From an uncultured virus (IMG/VR IMGVR_UViG_3300032132_000753) (lineage: Duplodnaviria; Heunggongvirae; Uroviricota; Caudoviricetes), in the IMG/VR virus record IMGVR_UViG_3300032132_000753: a stretch of DNA of 64,000 nt. One strand, written 5' to 3'. This document shows, piece after piece, positions 10,678-20,668 of this stretch; position 1 is the first letter of the stretch; each line of letters opens with the position of its first letter. The notes beneath the pieces were generated by a model. That model was not told where the DNA came from, did no database searches, and saw only the letters and a list, made by a program, of their open reading frames with translations. The position numbers and the translations under genes were made by a program.

Positions 10678-11413
10678 AACCACCAAGTTAAGGACCATAA
10701 CTAAATCGATAGTGTGGCGAATTTTCGCCACACTTATCACTTTTAGTATGATTTCCTTTATTCTTCCATTATTTCAAGCATTGGCAGCTGCCGCAATGAT
10801 TACAGCAGTCGTCGACGGCGGAGTAAAATTCGTGGCTTATTACGCTTATGAGTCTATATGGGCCAAACTCGATTTTGGTAAAAAAGTGGACAAATCCGAA
10901 GGTTGCGTCATATGGTTGACCGGGTTTTCTTGTGCAGGTAAGACTACTATTGCTATAGAGTTAGAAAAACGTCTGGAAAAACGACTTAAAAGAGTCGAAT
11001 ATCTAGACGGAGACATCTGTAGAAAATCAATGTGCCAAGACCTTGGTTTTACTAAAGCTGACAGAGATGAAAATATCAAACGAATCTCTTTAGTTAGTTC
11101 TTATCTATCCAAAAAAGCTATTACCATTTGTGCTTTTATCTCTCCATATCGAGAAGCTCGTGCTAAAGCTAAGGCCATATGCACCAATTTCATTGAAGTT
11201 TACGTAGATTGTCCTATTGACATATGCGAAGAACGAGATGTCAAAGGGATGTATGCTAAAGCGAGGGCTGGAGAAATTAAAGGATTTACCGGTATTGATG
11301 ATCCATACGAAATCCCAGAAGAACCAGACATCCACCTTTTTACTGATGTAGAATCTGTAACAGAATCAGTAGATTATATCATATGGTACTTAAAGGATAA
11401 AGGACACATCTAA
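10670..11413 (+). CDS. cysC: Adenylylsulfate (APS) kinase with N-terminal DUF2061-like membrane domain
   Basis: WLTGFSCAGKTT, LDGD, LGFTKADRDENIKRI, FISPY, RDVKGMY, FTGIDDPYEIP. Confidence 0.93.
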   Translation: MVETTKLRTITKSIVWRIFATLITFSMISFILPLFQALAAAAMITAVVDGGVKFVAYYAYESIWAKLDFGKKVDKSEGCVIWLTGFSCAGKTTIAIELEKRLEKRLKRVEYLDGDICRKSMCQDLGFTKADRDENIKRISLVSSYLSKKAITICAFISPYREARAKAKAICTNFIEVYVDCPIDICEERDVKGMYAKARAGEIKGFTGIDDPYEIPEEPDIHLFTDVESVTESVDYIIWYLKDKGHI

Positions 11414-11577
11414 TGGCGTTAGATAAAGAAAAATGTGACTATTGCGGGGAAATGAAAGACTTCGTCCTGAGGAATGTGGGGCCCCGTCGTAAGCTTAGAA
11501 TGTGTTTAGAATGCCATTCCAAGACAGAACAAAAAGACCCTAAATATTACGGGACGCATAAAAACCCGAGTAATTAA
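11413..11577 (+). CDS. Small zinc-ribbon protein (54 aa)
   Basis: Read by hand: MALDKEKCDYCGE...MCLECH; start overlaps the cysC stop (TAATG). Confidence 0.6.
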   Translation: MALDKEKCDYCGEMKDFVLRNVGPRRKLRMCLECHSKTEQKDPKYYGTHKNPSN

Positions 11578-11580
11578 AGT

Positions 11581-12702
11581 ATGATTCCTGTATATCAGCC
11601 CTGGCTTACCGATCTAGAAAAGAAATACTTAAACGAAGCGATAGATTCAAGTTGGATCTCATCTACAGGGAAATTTGTAAACAAAGCTGAAGAGATGTTC
11701 GCTGACTTTATCGGCGTGAAACATTGCGTTGTTACAACATCTGGAACCACAGCGCTCCATCTCTGTTTAAGAGCATTAGACTTACCACACTACGATGGCG
11801 ACACAAGATTAAACCCAAGCGGCACAATTGGAATCCCAGACACAACATTCGTCGCAACAGCTTTTGCAGCTTCGTATGACAAACGACCAGTTGAGCTTAT
11901 CCCAACTGATCCGCTAACTTGGAATTTAGACATCGATTGGTTGGAAAAACGTCTAGAAGACGGTTACCGTTACCATGCGATTGTTCCAGTCCACCTTTAT
12001 GGTAACCCATGTGATATGGAACGGCTCCAAGAGCTTGCAAAAACATATAAATTCAAACTAATCGAAGACGCATGTGAAAGTTTAGGAGCCACAATTAGAG
12101 GAAAGAAAACAGGGGCATGGAGTGATGTGGCCTGTTTCTCGTTTTATGGCAACAAATCGTTCACTTGCGGAGAAGGCGGAGCGCTTGTTACAGACGACGA
12201 TGCCCTAGCTCACCGCGCTGCTATGTTGCGAGGTCAAGCCCAAGATCCTTGTAAGCGCTATTGGCACGTAGATGTTGGTTATAATTATCGCATGACTAAC
12301 ATGCAAGCTGCTGTACTATGTGGACAGTTAGAACGTGCTGATGAAATCCTACAAGAGAAAGAACGTGTAGCAAAACGCTATTTAAACGCGCTCCAAGGCC
12401 ATTTCAAATCTCAAAAAATCTTACCAACCCATACGCACTCAAATTGGATTGTCTCATTAGAGCTGCCCGTAGAACAACCAGCAGTGACCGACCTCATGAG
12501 GCAACGTGGAATTGATACTCGTAAAGTCTTCTATCCTTTATCAGCGATGCCACCTTACCAATTCCATGATACACACCCCGTAGCAGAGCACCTTTCTAAA
12601 TACGGAATTTCACTTCCTTCATACCCGCAATTGACAAACGAAGAAGTTGATTTTATCTGTAAGAACCTAATTGAGTGCGTCGATATAGTTAAAGGTTCTT
12701 AA
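11581..12702 (+). CDS. DegT/DnrJ aminotransferase, GDP-perosamine synthase-like
   Basis: MIPVYQP, WISSTG, SGTTALHL, VHLYG, IEDACESLG, FSFYGNK, GYNYRMTNMQAA. Confidence 0.92.
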   Translation: MIPVYQPWLTDLEKKYLNEAIDSSWISSTGKFVNKAEEMFADFIGVKHCVVTTSGTTALHLCLRALDLPHYDGDTRLNPSGTIGIPDTTFVATAFAASYDKRPVELIPTDPLTWNLDIDWLEKRLEDGYRYHAIVPVHLYGNPCDMERLQELAKTYKFKLIEDACESLGATIRGKKTGAWSDVACFSFYGNKSFTCGEGGALVTDDDALAHRAAMLRGQAQDPCKRYWHVDVGYNYRMTNMQAAVLCGQLERADEILQEKERVAKRYLNALQGHFKSQKILPTHTHSNWIVSLELPVEQPAVTDLMRQRGIDTRKVFYPLSAMPPYQFHDTHPVAEHLSKYGISLPSYPQLTNEEVDFICKNLIECVDIVKGS

Positions 12703-12725
12703 TTTCGTATCTAAAGGGGAACTGC

Positions 12726-13544
12726 ATGAAACAAGCTCATATCGCAATTTTCCACGGGTTAGGCGACTGTGTAAACATCACAACTTTCGTTGGAGCAATA
12801 AAACGAAAGCACCCAAATTGTAAGATTACCTGGATTACATATGAAGGGTATAAGGGCATCGCAGAGCACAATCCTAATATCAACAAAATTGTAACTTACA
12901 ATGATAAAGGTGGAATTGCTGGATTCGCTTGTGATAAACATTACAAAACATTAAGATCTAAACACCCTAAACTTATCACCCCAGCGTCCTATATTAGCGG
13001 ATTACAAGACAAAACCCTCCTTGGTGATTTCAAAGTAAAGATTAAAGCTCTAGGGTTAGATCCAAATCCTTTTACCCCGCAGCTATGGATTACGCCGCAG
13101 GAAATTGAAGATGCTAAAATTTGGTTAAACAAAAGAAGTATCAAAGACTTCGTAATGTTAGAAGCTAAATTTGGATCTCAACAGTCTTTCTGGAAAAGAC
13201 AGCACACTATTAAAGTTTTAGAGCAGTGCAAAAAGAAGGGCTTATCAGTCCTTTTAACTCATAGATCTGATCCTGGCCTCGCCGAATTCAATAAAATAAC
13301 TCCAACTTTTTGTATGGATGTTAATTATCGATACTTTATTCCATTCTACAATATGTCTAAAGGGTTTGTTGGGGTTAGTAGTAGCGCTTCTTGTATAGTC
13401 CATACGCACCAATGTATTAATAGCATACCACATCTGGAATTTGTTCGTGGAGACCATTGGAGCACTAGTCATTATAAGAAAACTAATAAGACAATATCCT
13501 TCGATGAAAAACAAGTCTCCAAATTAATCCAAAAGAAGATATAA
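12726..13544 (+). CDS. GT9-like glycosyltransferase
   Basis: HGLGDCV...IKRKHPNCKITWIT...HNPNI; FVGVSS. Confidence 0.78.
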   Translation: MKQAHIAIFHGLGDCVNITTFVGAIKRKHPNCKITWITYEGYKGIAEHNPNINKIVTYNDKGGIAGFACDKHYKTLRSKHPKLITPASYISGLQDKTLLGDFKVKIKALGLDPNPFTPQLWITPQEIEDAKIWLNKRSIKDFVMLEAKFGSQQSFWKRQHTIKVLEQCKKKGLSVLLTHRSDPGLAEFNKITPTFCMDVNYRYFIPFYNMSKGFVGVSSSASCIVHTHQCINSIPHLEFVRGDHWSTSHYKKTNKTISFDEKQVSKLIQKKI

Positions 13545-13547
13545 CAT

Positions 13548-13994
13548 ATGTCCGTTTTATACGTTTACGATTTTGACGACTGTTTAGTTAATACTCGTCA
13601 AGTCTTAGAAGACAATGATTGGTTTACTAGAGAAAACATCTCCAAACTAATCATAGACGATAACCCATTTGGGAGGCAGGTTTCTAATTTAACAACACCT
13701 TTGTCTACTATGGTTAAAGCAATCGAATCTAGCACAACCGGCCATAATATCATTTTATCAGGCCGGAGCGCAGCCCAAATCCAGTACTGGCTTCAAAAAT
13801 TCAGATATGATTTGTACTTCAAAACCGTGATTGGGTTGGCATTATGGGGAGATATATCAGAACACAAGAAAAGCGTAATCGAACGGTATCTAGATAGGTA
13901 CGATCGAGTAGTCTTCTATGATGACAAAATCGAAAATATCGAAGCAGCCCAAACTCTAGATAAGGTAACAACCCACCATGTCCAGCCCTACTAA
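13548..13994 (+). CDS. HAD-superfamily phosphatase
   Basis: YDFDDCL, ILSGR, conserved K, FYDD. Confidence 0.8.
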   Translation: MSVLYVYDFDDCLVNTRQVLEDNDWFTRENISKLIIDDNPFGRQVSNLTTPLSTMVKAIESSTTGHNIILSGRSAAQIQYWLQKFRYDLYFKTVIGLALWGDISEHKKSVIERYLDRYDRVVFYDDKIENIEAAQTLDKVTTHHVQPY

Positions 13995-14916
13995 AGAACA
14001 AACTGTTAAAGCCTTGTCTCGGGGACCTATATACCCGATCCCTCCAGCCTTCAAAAATGGCGTTCTTGATCGCGCAGAAATCCTTCGGTACACAAACTAC
14101 CTCCACGACAACGGTGCTAAAACCATCCTGACTACAGCCGGGACATCACGGTTTAATTTACTAACAACTGATGAAGTACGGCAACTAAATTTCAGTGTTT
14201 CTCTATTTCCAGGAAGAAAAATCGTCGGGTTACAACCACTAGCGGATGTTCATCTTGCTAATGAACTTAATGCTATGAACAGCTTAGACGCTGATGCTGT
14301 ACTATTGTTTTATCCAGATCGTTATTACGATGACGAAACAATAGTAAACTATTTTCACAAAGCAGCAGACATTTCTCCATTACCAGTATTAATTCACGGA
14401 ATGTTTATGCGGCACGCTTTAGGTGGAATGTATAATTTCCAACAAGAGTTGGTTGTAAAGCTAATGGGCCACCCCAACATTGTAGGAATGAAAGAGGAAA
14501 GCTCGACTTATTCCCTGGCCTACAAAATTTCATCTTTAGCTAATAAGGAATTTCTAATTTTCCCAGCAGGTGGTAGTTGCCGACGATATTTATTGACAGG
14601 CCCATCAGGAGCACAAACATTCTTGGGTGGCATAGGAAATATTTTCCCTAAAATTGAAGAAACTTTCTTTAGGGAATTTAAGTTTGGCGACAAAAACACA
14701 GCATATAAAATTGTCACTGATTTCGAAGAATCGCTGTTCGATGTGTTCAGCAAAATTGGTTGGCACAAAGCTTTACAAGAAGCATTAAATTACAAGAAAC
14801 TACTAGTAACTGAAAACAGAGCACCCTTTAGCCTTATGACAAATGATGAGGACAAAGAAGCTATACACAATGTACTAGATACTATAGAACTAAGATGGGA
14901 AACATATTATGGATAA
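13978..14916 (+). CDS. DapA/NanA-family class I aldolase (divergent)
   Basis: IPPAF, GTSRFNLLTTDE, HPNIVGMKEESS Schiff-base Lys. Confidence 0.82.
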   Translation: MSSPTKEQTVKALSRGPIYPIPPAFKNGVLDRAEILRYTNYLHDNGAKTILTTAGTSRFNLLTTDEVRQLNFSVSLFPGRKIVGLQPLADVHLANELNAMNSLDADAVLLFYPDRYYDDETIVNYFHKAADISPLPVLIHGMFMRHALGGMYNFQQELVVKLMGHPNIVGMKEESSTYSLAYKISSLANKEFLIFPAGGSCRRYLLTGPSGAQTFLGGIGNIFPKIEETFFREFKFGDKNTAYKIVTDFEESLFDVFSKIGWHKALQEALNYKKLLVTENRAPFSLMTNDEDKEAIHNVLDTIELRWETYYG

Positions 14917-15673
14917 CGTTTGGATTTTAGGACCCTGCTCTATTGAAAATGAAGAGTTGTATCTCTCAACCGGAGAATATCTTTATAAACACATGCAGGG
15001 GAAAGACTGGTACTACAAAGCTTCCTATGACAAAGCGAATAGAACAGCTCTAGTAGGTAAAAGAGGCCCAGGTCTGGATGAAAGTCTAAAATTGTTCGCG
15101 GAAATTAAGAAACGTTGCCCAGGCATTAAATTGACTACTGATGTTCATGAATGCTGGCAGGTTGAAAAAATTGCACCATACGTCGACGTAGTACAAATTC
15201 CAGCTTTTCTCTGTCGTCAGACTGACCTTCTAGCTGAATGTGGCAAACACTTCGACGTTGTCAACATTAAAAAAGGTCAATGGATCAATCCGGATAGCAC
15301 GAAGCACTTCGTAGGTAAAGTCAAGAGTCAGAATCCGGATTGTAAAGTTTGGATGACTGAACGAGGGACATTCTTTGGATATAACCAACTAATCGTCGAT
15401 TTAGGTGCAGTAGAAGCCATGCTACCTTATTACGATAGAGTTATTTTGGACTGTACTCACTCTACCCAACGTAAAAAGGGTGATTTCACTGGCGGTGACC
15501 GTGAACTAGCTAAGAAATATCTCCTAGCTTCATCAATTTTCGGCTATAACGGTGTTTTCGCTGAATGTCATCCAAGACCACCAGAAGCTTATTCTGATGG
15601 CGATTGCCAACTGTATCTAACTGATGTTCCTGGTGTTCTAGAACAGTTTGAAAAAATTAAAAAGGCAATGTAA
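14909..15673 (+). CDS. kdsA: Kdo-8-phosphate synthase
   Basis: GPCSIE, KASYDKANRT, TDVHE, QIPAFLCRQTDL, KKGQ, ERG, DCTHS, ECHP...SDG. Confidence 0.93.
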   Translation: MDNVWILGPCSIENEELYLSTGEYLYKHMQGKDWYYKASYDKANRTALVGKRGPGLDESLKLFAEIKKRCPGIKLTTDVHECWQVEKIAPYVDVVQIPAFLCRQTDLLAECGKHFDVVNIKKGQWINPDSTKHFVGKVKSQNPDCKVWMTERGTFFGYNQLIVDLGAVEAMLPYYDRVILDCTHSTQRKKGDFTGGDRELAKKYLLASSIFGYNGVFAECHPRPPEAYSDGDCQLYLTDVPGVLEQFEKIKKAM

Positions 15674-16383
15674 TGAAACTCTTATCCATAGTTCCTGCCC
15701 GTGGTGGTTCTAAACGTCTTCCAGGAAAGAATGCTATGGACTTAGGAGATAAACCTTTATTATGGCATACTCTAGATGCTGTAGCTGAACATTCTGATAC
15801 AATCATATTAACGTCGGATTCTCTTGAAATTCTAGAGTTAGGAGAAAGGTGGTATCTGGAAAATACGGATGCTAATATTCTGTTACACAGACGGGATCCA
15901 AGGTTTGCTACTGATACATCTAAAGTTTTAGAAATAGTTTGCCACATCGTTGAAGAACATAATGATTTCGATGCCGTCGGTCTTTTTCTCCCAACAGCAC
16001 CACTACGCAATTCCGAAGATGTCGCTGCTGCTTTAATTCAACTTAGGTCTTCAGATTCTGAAGGAGTTATCAGCACAACACATTATGAATTTCCACCTAC
16101 ATTAGCGCTTGTTAAAGACCCAGACGGGTTTTTACATTGTGCTGATAAGTCTTTGCCATTTATTACAGGGAATACTAGGTCTCAAGACCATCCGGAAATG
16201 CTGCGACCTAACGGGGCTATCTATATAAAATATATGGAAGAGTTTCAACGAGATCAGAATTTTTTCAAAGGGCGAGTAACAAGTTACTTAATGCCGAGAG
16301 AACGTTCTGCTGATATTGATACTGAATTAGACCTTAAAATGGCGGAATTACTTTATGAAAGAACTAACAAAACTCTGGGATAA
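15673..16383 (+). CDS. CMP-ulosonate (acylneuraminate/Kdo) cytidylyltransferase, NeuA-like
   Basis: IVPARGGSKRLPGKN, PTAPLR, RSQD, NGAIY, SADIDTELD. Confidence 0.92.
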   Translation: MKLLSIVPARGGSKRLPGKNAMDLGDKPLLWHTLDAVAEHSDTIILTSDSLEILELGERWYLENTDANILLHRRDPRFATDTSKVLEIVCHIVEEHNDFDAVGLFLPTAPLRNSEDVAAALIQLRSSDSEGVISTTHYEFPPTLALVKDPDGFLHCADKSLPFITGNTRSQDHPEMLRPNGAIYIKYMEEFQRDQNFFKGRVTSYLMPRERSADIDTELDLKMAELLYERTNKTLG

Positions 16384-16978
16384 AAAGGCAACGAAAAGCC
16401 ATAAACACTTTTCGAAACATGTCAAAGGATACAAGTTAAAAGAATTCCAAGATCGCTTCCAGAAACATGTTCTAAACCAATTAAACTTTTCGAAAATTAA
16501 TACCGCCCTTGATTGGGGATGCGGTGGTGGCATTCTAGCCAAAGAAATGTCTAAACATTGCCAAGTAACACTAGCAGACTTATCTAAAGAAAGCCTAGAC
16601 GAGGCCATTAGATATATTGGAAAACCATTAAAACAAATCGTTGTTTCCGATAATTGGAATGAACTAGCAAAGATTAACGTCGACCTAATTCTATGTTATG
16701 ATGTTATCCATCATTTCCCATCTATTGCATACTGGAAACAGGTTGCCTCTACTTGGAATAAAATAGGACCAAAATTCATAGCTGCTAGAATTAAGGTAAA
16801 ACCGAAGATTTCTGAAAACAAGGATTACTTCGAAGGTAGAAATTATCTTGATGGTCTATTCCTAAACAAGAAGGAAATACAAGAAGCCTTCCCAGGATAT
16901 TCAATTACTTATTGGACCGATGACATTACAAAAATTAGCCGCCGACAAGTTGCTCAGCTAATTTTAACTAAAAAATAA
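16355..16978 (+). CDS. Class I SAM-dependent methyltransferase
   Basis: ALDWGCGGG; DLILCYDVIHHFP. Confidence 0.85.
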   Translation: MKELTKLWDKKATKSHKHFSKHVKGYKLKEFQDRFQKHVLNQLNFSKINTALDWGCGGGILAKEMSKHCQVTLADLSKESLDEAIRYIGKPLKQIVVSDNWNELAKINVDLILCYDVIHHFPSIAYWKQVASTWNKIGPKFIAARIKVKPKISENKDYFEGRNYLDGLFLNKKEIQEAFPGYSITYWTDDITKISRRQVAQLILTKK

Positions 16979-17593
16979 TCACTTATTGATTACTACTTTA
17001 TCTTCTTTGCCCCATTTAGCGATTTGTTTCATTTCATTGTTTATATTGTGAAACAACGATGTCGGTGGTCTCGGATGCCAATAATGCGTGCGGCTTAAGC
17101 CAGCTTCTATATCGAACCCGTAAAGATGTGGCTTGAATCCAGCCATGATTAAAATGGTTACAAATGTAAAGCCAATAGTTGGGTTAGTAGTAATGACTCC
17201 CAATTTCTTTCGCATTGCATGAACGGCTAATCCACGCTCTAAAATATTGACATTATTACTTGGATCACAATATTTGTTTCTCTGCTTAACATATGCCCTA
17301 GCAAGTCTATCAACTAACAAATTCTGATTTTTCAACTTCTTTACGAAGTTAATGTCGTCTTTCCAACGCTTCAGTGGCGCGCTGGTGAATGTAGGTTGGT
17401 TAAGAACCCTAACAGTGGTCTTGCTACCTACATGTTTTTCCCAGTTTTCTACAGGCGCTCTATTAAATCTCACAACTTCGGCGTATGTATCGATTTGCTC
17501 GCCGTACATGGTATCCAGTAATCGTCCGGATGATCCTATGACGGCGATGCTTGGATTTAAATTCATAATTGGGTCTGTGAGAGGAACGTGCAT
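16979..17593 (-). CDS. GT29 family sialyltransferase-like protein
   Basis: Sialylmotif L (AVIGSSGRL...GEQID...VVRFNRAP...HVGSKTT), S (PTIG...LYGF), III (HYW) and VS (HNINNE). Confidence 0.88.
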   Translation of the reverse strand: MHVPLTDPIMNLNPSIAVIGSSGRLLDTMYGEQIDTYAEVVRFNRAPVENWEKHVGSKTTVRVLNQPTFTSAPLKRWKDDINFVKKLKNQNLLVDRLARAYVKQRNKYCDPSNNVNILERGLAVHAMRKKLGVITTNPTIGFTFVTILIMAGFKPHLYGFDIEAGLSRTHYWHPRPPTSLFHNINNEMKQIAKWGKEDKVVINK

Positions 17594-17642
17594 ATATTAT
17601 CTTTGGTGTCTAGCAAAATATATAAGAAGGGACATCACACAT

Positions 17643-18473
17643 ATGAAAATATCCGTCGGAATGTTAGTCGTCAATGGGCGACCTTTTATTAAAGCCCAAC
17701 TAGAAAACCTATATGACGTTGCACATGAAATAGTTATTTCTGAAGGTGGTGATCAATTTTGGAGAGAACGCCACGGATTCACAAGATCCAACGATGGCAC
17801 AATAGACATCATCAAAAACTTCCCAGACCCAAAAAACAAGATCAAATTAATCCAACGAGAATGGAAAAACAAAAATGAGATGTCCCACGCCTATAGTAAA
17901 GGCATGACTGGCGACATCATCTACAACGTCGATCTAGATGAGTTTATCCATCCTAAACAGCTAATCTCAGTTTGCAAAAATCTGATGAAATCTAAGAAGA
18001 AAAGCTCTGCAACTATCCCAAATTACGTGTTTTTTGGTGATTTTAACACATTGATGGTTATGGAACACACGGACACCTGGTTCCAGACTCCTCGGATCTT
18101 CAAAAGAAGCCCAAACCACCTGATGCATCACTTGCCTCCTGCGTACTGGAAGAATGGCATCGTCGGCGCTGCTCCGCTACCTGCGTCAGAGAACCCAGGT
18201 GTTTTTATCCATCATTATTCTTGGATTTACAAGAAATCAGTCCATGACAAAATTGGATATTATAATTATAGGATTAAAGGATGTATCAAACCAGGTTTCC
18301 TAAAAATGTTCGACAGTTTTGATGTTGAACGCGAAAATCTAATAAAAACCAGAACAAACATCAGACCTACTCAAGGGAAGAAGCAATTCTTAAAGCCATA
18401 TAAAGGTAAACAACTAGGGCTGGTCGTTCAAAACATTAAAAACGAAATCGCACTCCTAGAATCACAAGGGTAA
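17643..18473 (+). CDS. GT-A (GT2-like) glycosyltransferase
   Basis: EIVISEG, SNDGT, VDLDEF, HHYSW; start moved to ATG 17643. Confidence 0.75.
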   Translation: MKISVGMLVVNGRPFIKAQLENLYDVAHEIVISEGGDQFWRERHGFTRSNDGTIDIIKNFPDPKNKIKLIQREWKNKNEMSHAYSKGMTGDIIYNVDLDEFIHPKQLISVCKNLMKSKKKSSATIPNYVFFGDFNTLMVMEHTDTWFQTPRIFKRSPNHLMHHLPPAYWKNGIVGAAPLPASENPGVFIHHYSWIYKKSVHDKIGYYNYRIKGCIKPGFLKMFDSFDVERENLIKTRTNIRPTQGKKQFLKPYKGKQLGLVVQNIKNEIALLESQG

Positions 18474-18475
18474 AC

Positions 18476-19039
18476 ATGAAAATTATTCCAAGAGTAGAAA
18501 CTAAAGGCGTTATTTATAAAAATGACGATGTCTTATATCACCAAGAAGCATTAAAAACTTCATATTACAACTTTTACCAAAGTTATGGTGCACATTACAA
18601 ACCAAAATCGGTCTACGAAATAGGGGTTAGAGCAGGATATACCGCTTACTACCTATTAAAAGGTTCCGGGGCGACCAAATATCGTGGCATCGACCTAGAA
18701 ACATATAAAATTCATTCTAACGATTTAGCTTTACCATTAGTTCGCAAAGTCTGTAAAGACTCCCAAATCGAATTAGGCAGCAGTCACGCGCTAGAGAAGC
18801 TGGACCAGCTTTATGATTTGATCCATATCGACGGAGACCATAGTTTCCACGGCAAGGTTCAAGACTTAGAGTTATCCTTAGCTTCTCTGGCACCAGGTGG
18901 AGTGATCGTAGTTGATGATTACAACGCTAAATTAGGGATCGAAGTTAAAAAAGCTACTGACGTATTCGCCGAGAAGCACAATTTAAAGCTGATCCCACTT
19001 AAAACCTTCACAGGCCATGCTTTACTAGAACGTCAGTAG
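18476..19039 (+). CDS. SAM-dependent methyltransferase (Methyltransf_24-like)
   Basis: YEIGVRAGYT, DLIHIDGDHS, LAPGGVIVVDDY. Confidence 0.88.
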   Translation: MKIIPRVETKGVIYKNDDVLYHQEALKTSYYNFYQSYGAHYKPKSVYEIGVRAGYTAYYLLKGSGATKYRGIDLETYKIHSNDLALPLVRKVCKDSQIELGSSHALEKLDQLYDLIHIDGDHSFHGKVQDLELSLASLAPGGVIVVDDYNAKLGIEVKKATDVFAEKHNLKLIPLKTFTGHALLERQ

Positions 19040-19047
19040 ATAATGAT

Positions 19048-19980
19048 ATGCACTCAAAATTGGTCAATAAGATATATTCGGAAGAAAGAATCGTCCCAGC
19101 CATGGCTGGATGGTTAAAGCTTCAACCGCATGATCGTAAAATTATCGTTGAGCAAAATCGCAACCTAGGCGATACATTACATCTTATACCAATTATCAGG
19201 CACTACAGGAAATTATATCCTAAGGCCATGATCATATTCTTAGTAGGATCAACTTACTCTGGAGCACATGAATATAATCAAGACTTAGACAGAATCTACA
19301 CTATCAAACCTCTAGGAGTCCGACCTAGAATAGCACTGCGCAAAGAGTTACTAAAACTAGCTGCTAAAACCAAAGACATCCAAGTTATTTCACCATCGAT
19401 TTTCCCTTACGGCGAAATTTGGAAGGAATTGGCTTGGAGCCATGCTGATATTGCCACACAGTACTTTGTAAATGCCGGTATTAACAAGAAAGAACTTAAG
19501 GGATTTGACAGGTCGTTGTTCGTTAATTTAACGCAGGCTGACAGAGATTGGGCTAAAGGGTTTGTTAAAAAACACAAGCTGAAGAAATTTGGCACACTAG
19601 AATATAACAGTTATTCACATCCTACAAATTGGAAAATAGCTCAGTTTGTAAAGCTAGCCACAGAACTTAAGAAAAAAGGTATCCAATGTGTCAGTTTAGC
19701 GGGCCCCAAGGAAAGACCTGTTGGCGGGACGGTAAATGGCACAGGAACAAGTTGGCGTAAAACAGTAGCTCTAATGGAACACGCCACTTTCCATGTGGGT
19801 GTCGGCTCTGGCTTAACAATGTTAGCAGCAACTGTTGACAAGAGTAAACGCCCAAAGATTATTGAAGTTGCAGTTTCTCCTTCAATTTCAATGGACGCAT
19901 GCGGGTATGCAGATAGTATCTCCATTCGTGGCGATGTTTCACCGGCTCGCGTCATTAAACAAGTATGCAAATATGTATAA
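19048..19980 (+). CDS. GT9-like glycosyltransferase
   Basis: NLGDTLHLIPII...YPKAMI; HVGVGSGLTMLA. Confidence 0.8.
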   Translation: MHSKLVNKIYSEERIVPAMAGWLKLQPHDRKIIVEQNRNLGDTLHLIPIIRHYRKLYPKAMIIFLVGSTYSGAHEYNQDLDRIYTIKPLGVRPRIALRKELLKLAAKTKDIQVISPSIFPYGEIWKELAWSHADIATQYFVNAGINKKELKGFDRSLFVNLTQADRDWAKGFVKKHKLKKFGTLEYNSYSHPTNWKIAQFVKLATELKKKGIQCVSLAGPKERPVGGTVNGTGTSWRKTVALMEHATFHVGVGSGLTMLAATVDKSKRPKIIEVAVSPSISMDACGYADSISIRGDVSPARVIKQVCKYV

Positions 19981-20668
19981 AGCTACCGCAATCGTTTCAG
20001 TTTACAACTCTGAAAAATTCATCAGAAACAAGGTAAAAAACCTATTAGAATCTGTTGAACCTATCCAAATTGTTCTGATAGATTGCACTGGTGGTAAAGA
20101 ATTAGCATTAGTAAGGGATCTCACTAACACTAAACAATTCATAAAAGTAATATTCAATAGGCGCATTACAGTGTGGAAAGCTATGAACATAGGGATTAAG
20201 TTAGCAGACACCCAATATGTTGTTCAAGCTAACACTGACGATTATGTCCTACCAGTTGGATATAAAGCACAGATCGAGAAATTAGAAGAAGGAAACGACA
20301 TTGCCTATTTCGACTATAAATTAGCAGCATACGCTAAAACATGGAAAAAAGGCTTCGACAATTCTCACGACTATTATAAATGCTCCCCAAAGGGATACGC
20401 GCCAGGTTGTGGCTTAGGACCATTCCCGATGTGGAGAAAATCGCTCCACGACAAACACGGACTGTTAAATGAAGATTTAGAAATATATAGTGATTCTTTA
20501 TTTTGGGGAGATTTAGCAGCCGACCCAGACACCAGATGGGGACACATTCCAGATTTTTATGGCGTCTACGCCCATAGGACTGACAGTTTGGAAAGAAATG
20601 AACGGCATCGAGTTAAAGACAGAGCAACTCTAAAGAAGATTAAAAAGGATAGAAATGCTATTAACTAA
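19973..20668 (+). CDS. GT2 glycosyltransferase
   Basis: AIVSVYNSEKFI, AMNIGI, ANTDD, GPFPMWRKSLH; start at ATG 19973. Confidence 0.82.
   Translation: MYKATAIVSVYNSEKFIRNKVKNLLESVEPIQIVLIDCTGGKELALVRDLTNTKQFIKVIFNRRITVWKAMNIGIKLADTQYVVQANTDDYVLPVGYKAQIEKLEEGNDIAYFDYKLAAYAKTWKKGFDNSHDYYKCSPKGYAPGCGLGPFPMWRKSLHDKHGLLNEDLEIYSDSLFWGDLAADPDTRWGHIPDFYGVYAHRTDSLERNERHRVKDRATLKKIKKDRNAIN

Noticed and set aside
17352..17642. N-terminal extension of the GT2 ORF (similarly 8841-8888, 19835-19972, 24206-24274)
   Set aside because: Overlaps neighbouring real genes; downstream ATGs fit the RBS or motif and the domain start
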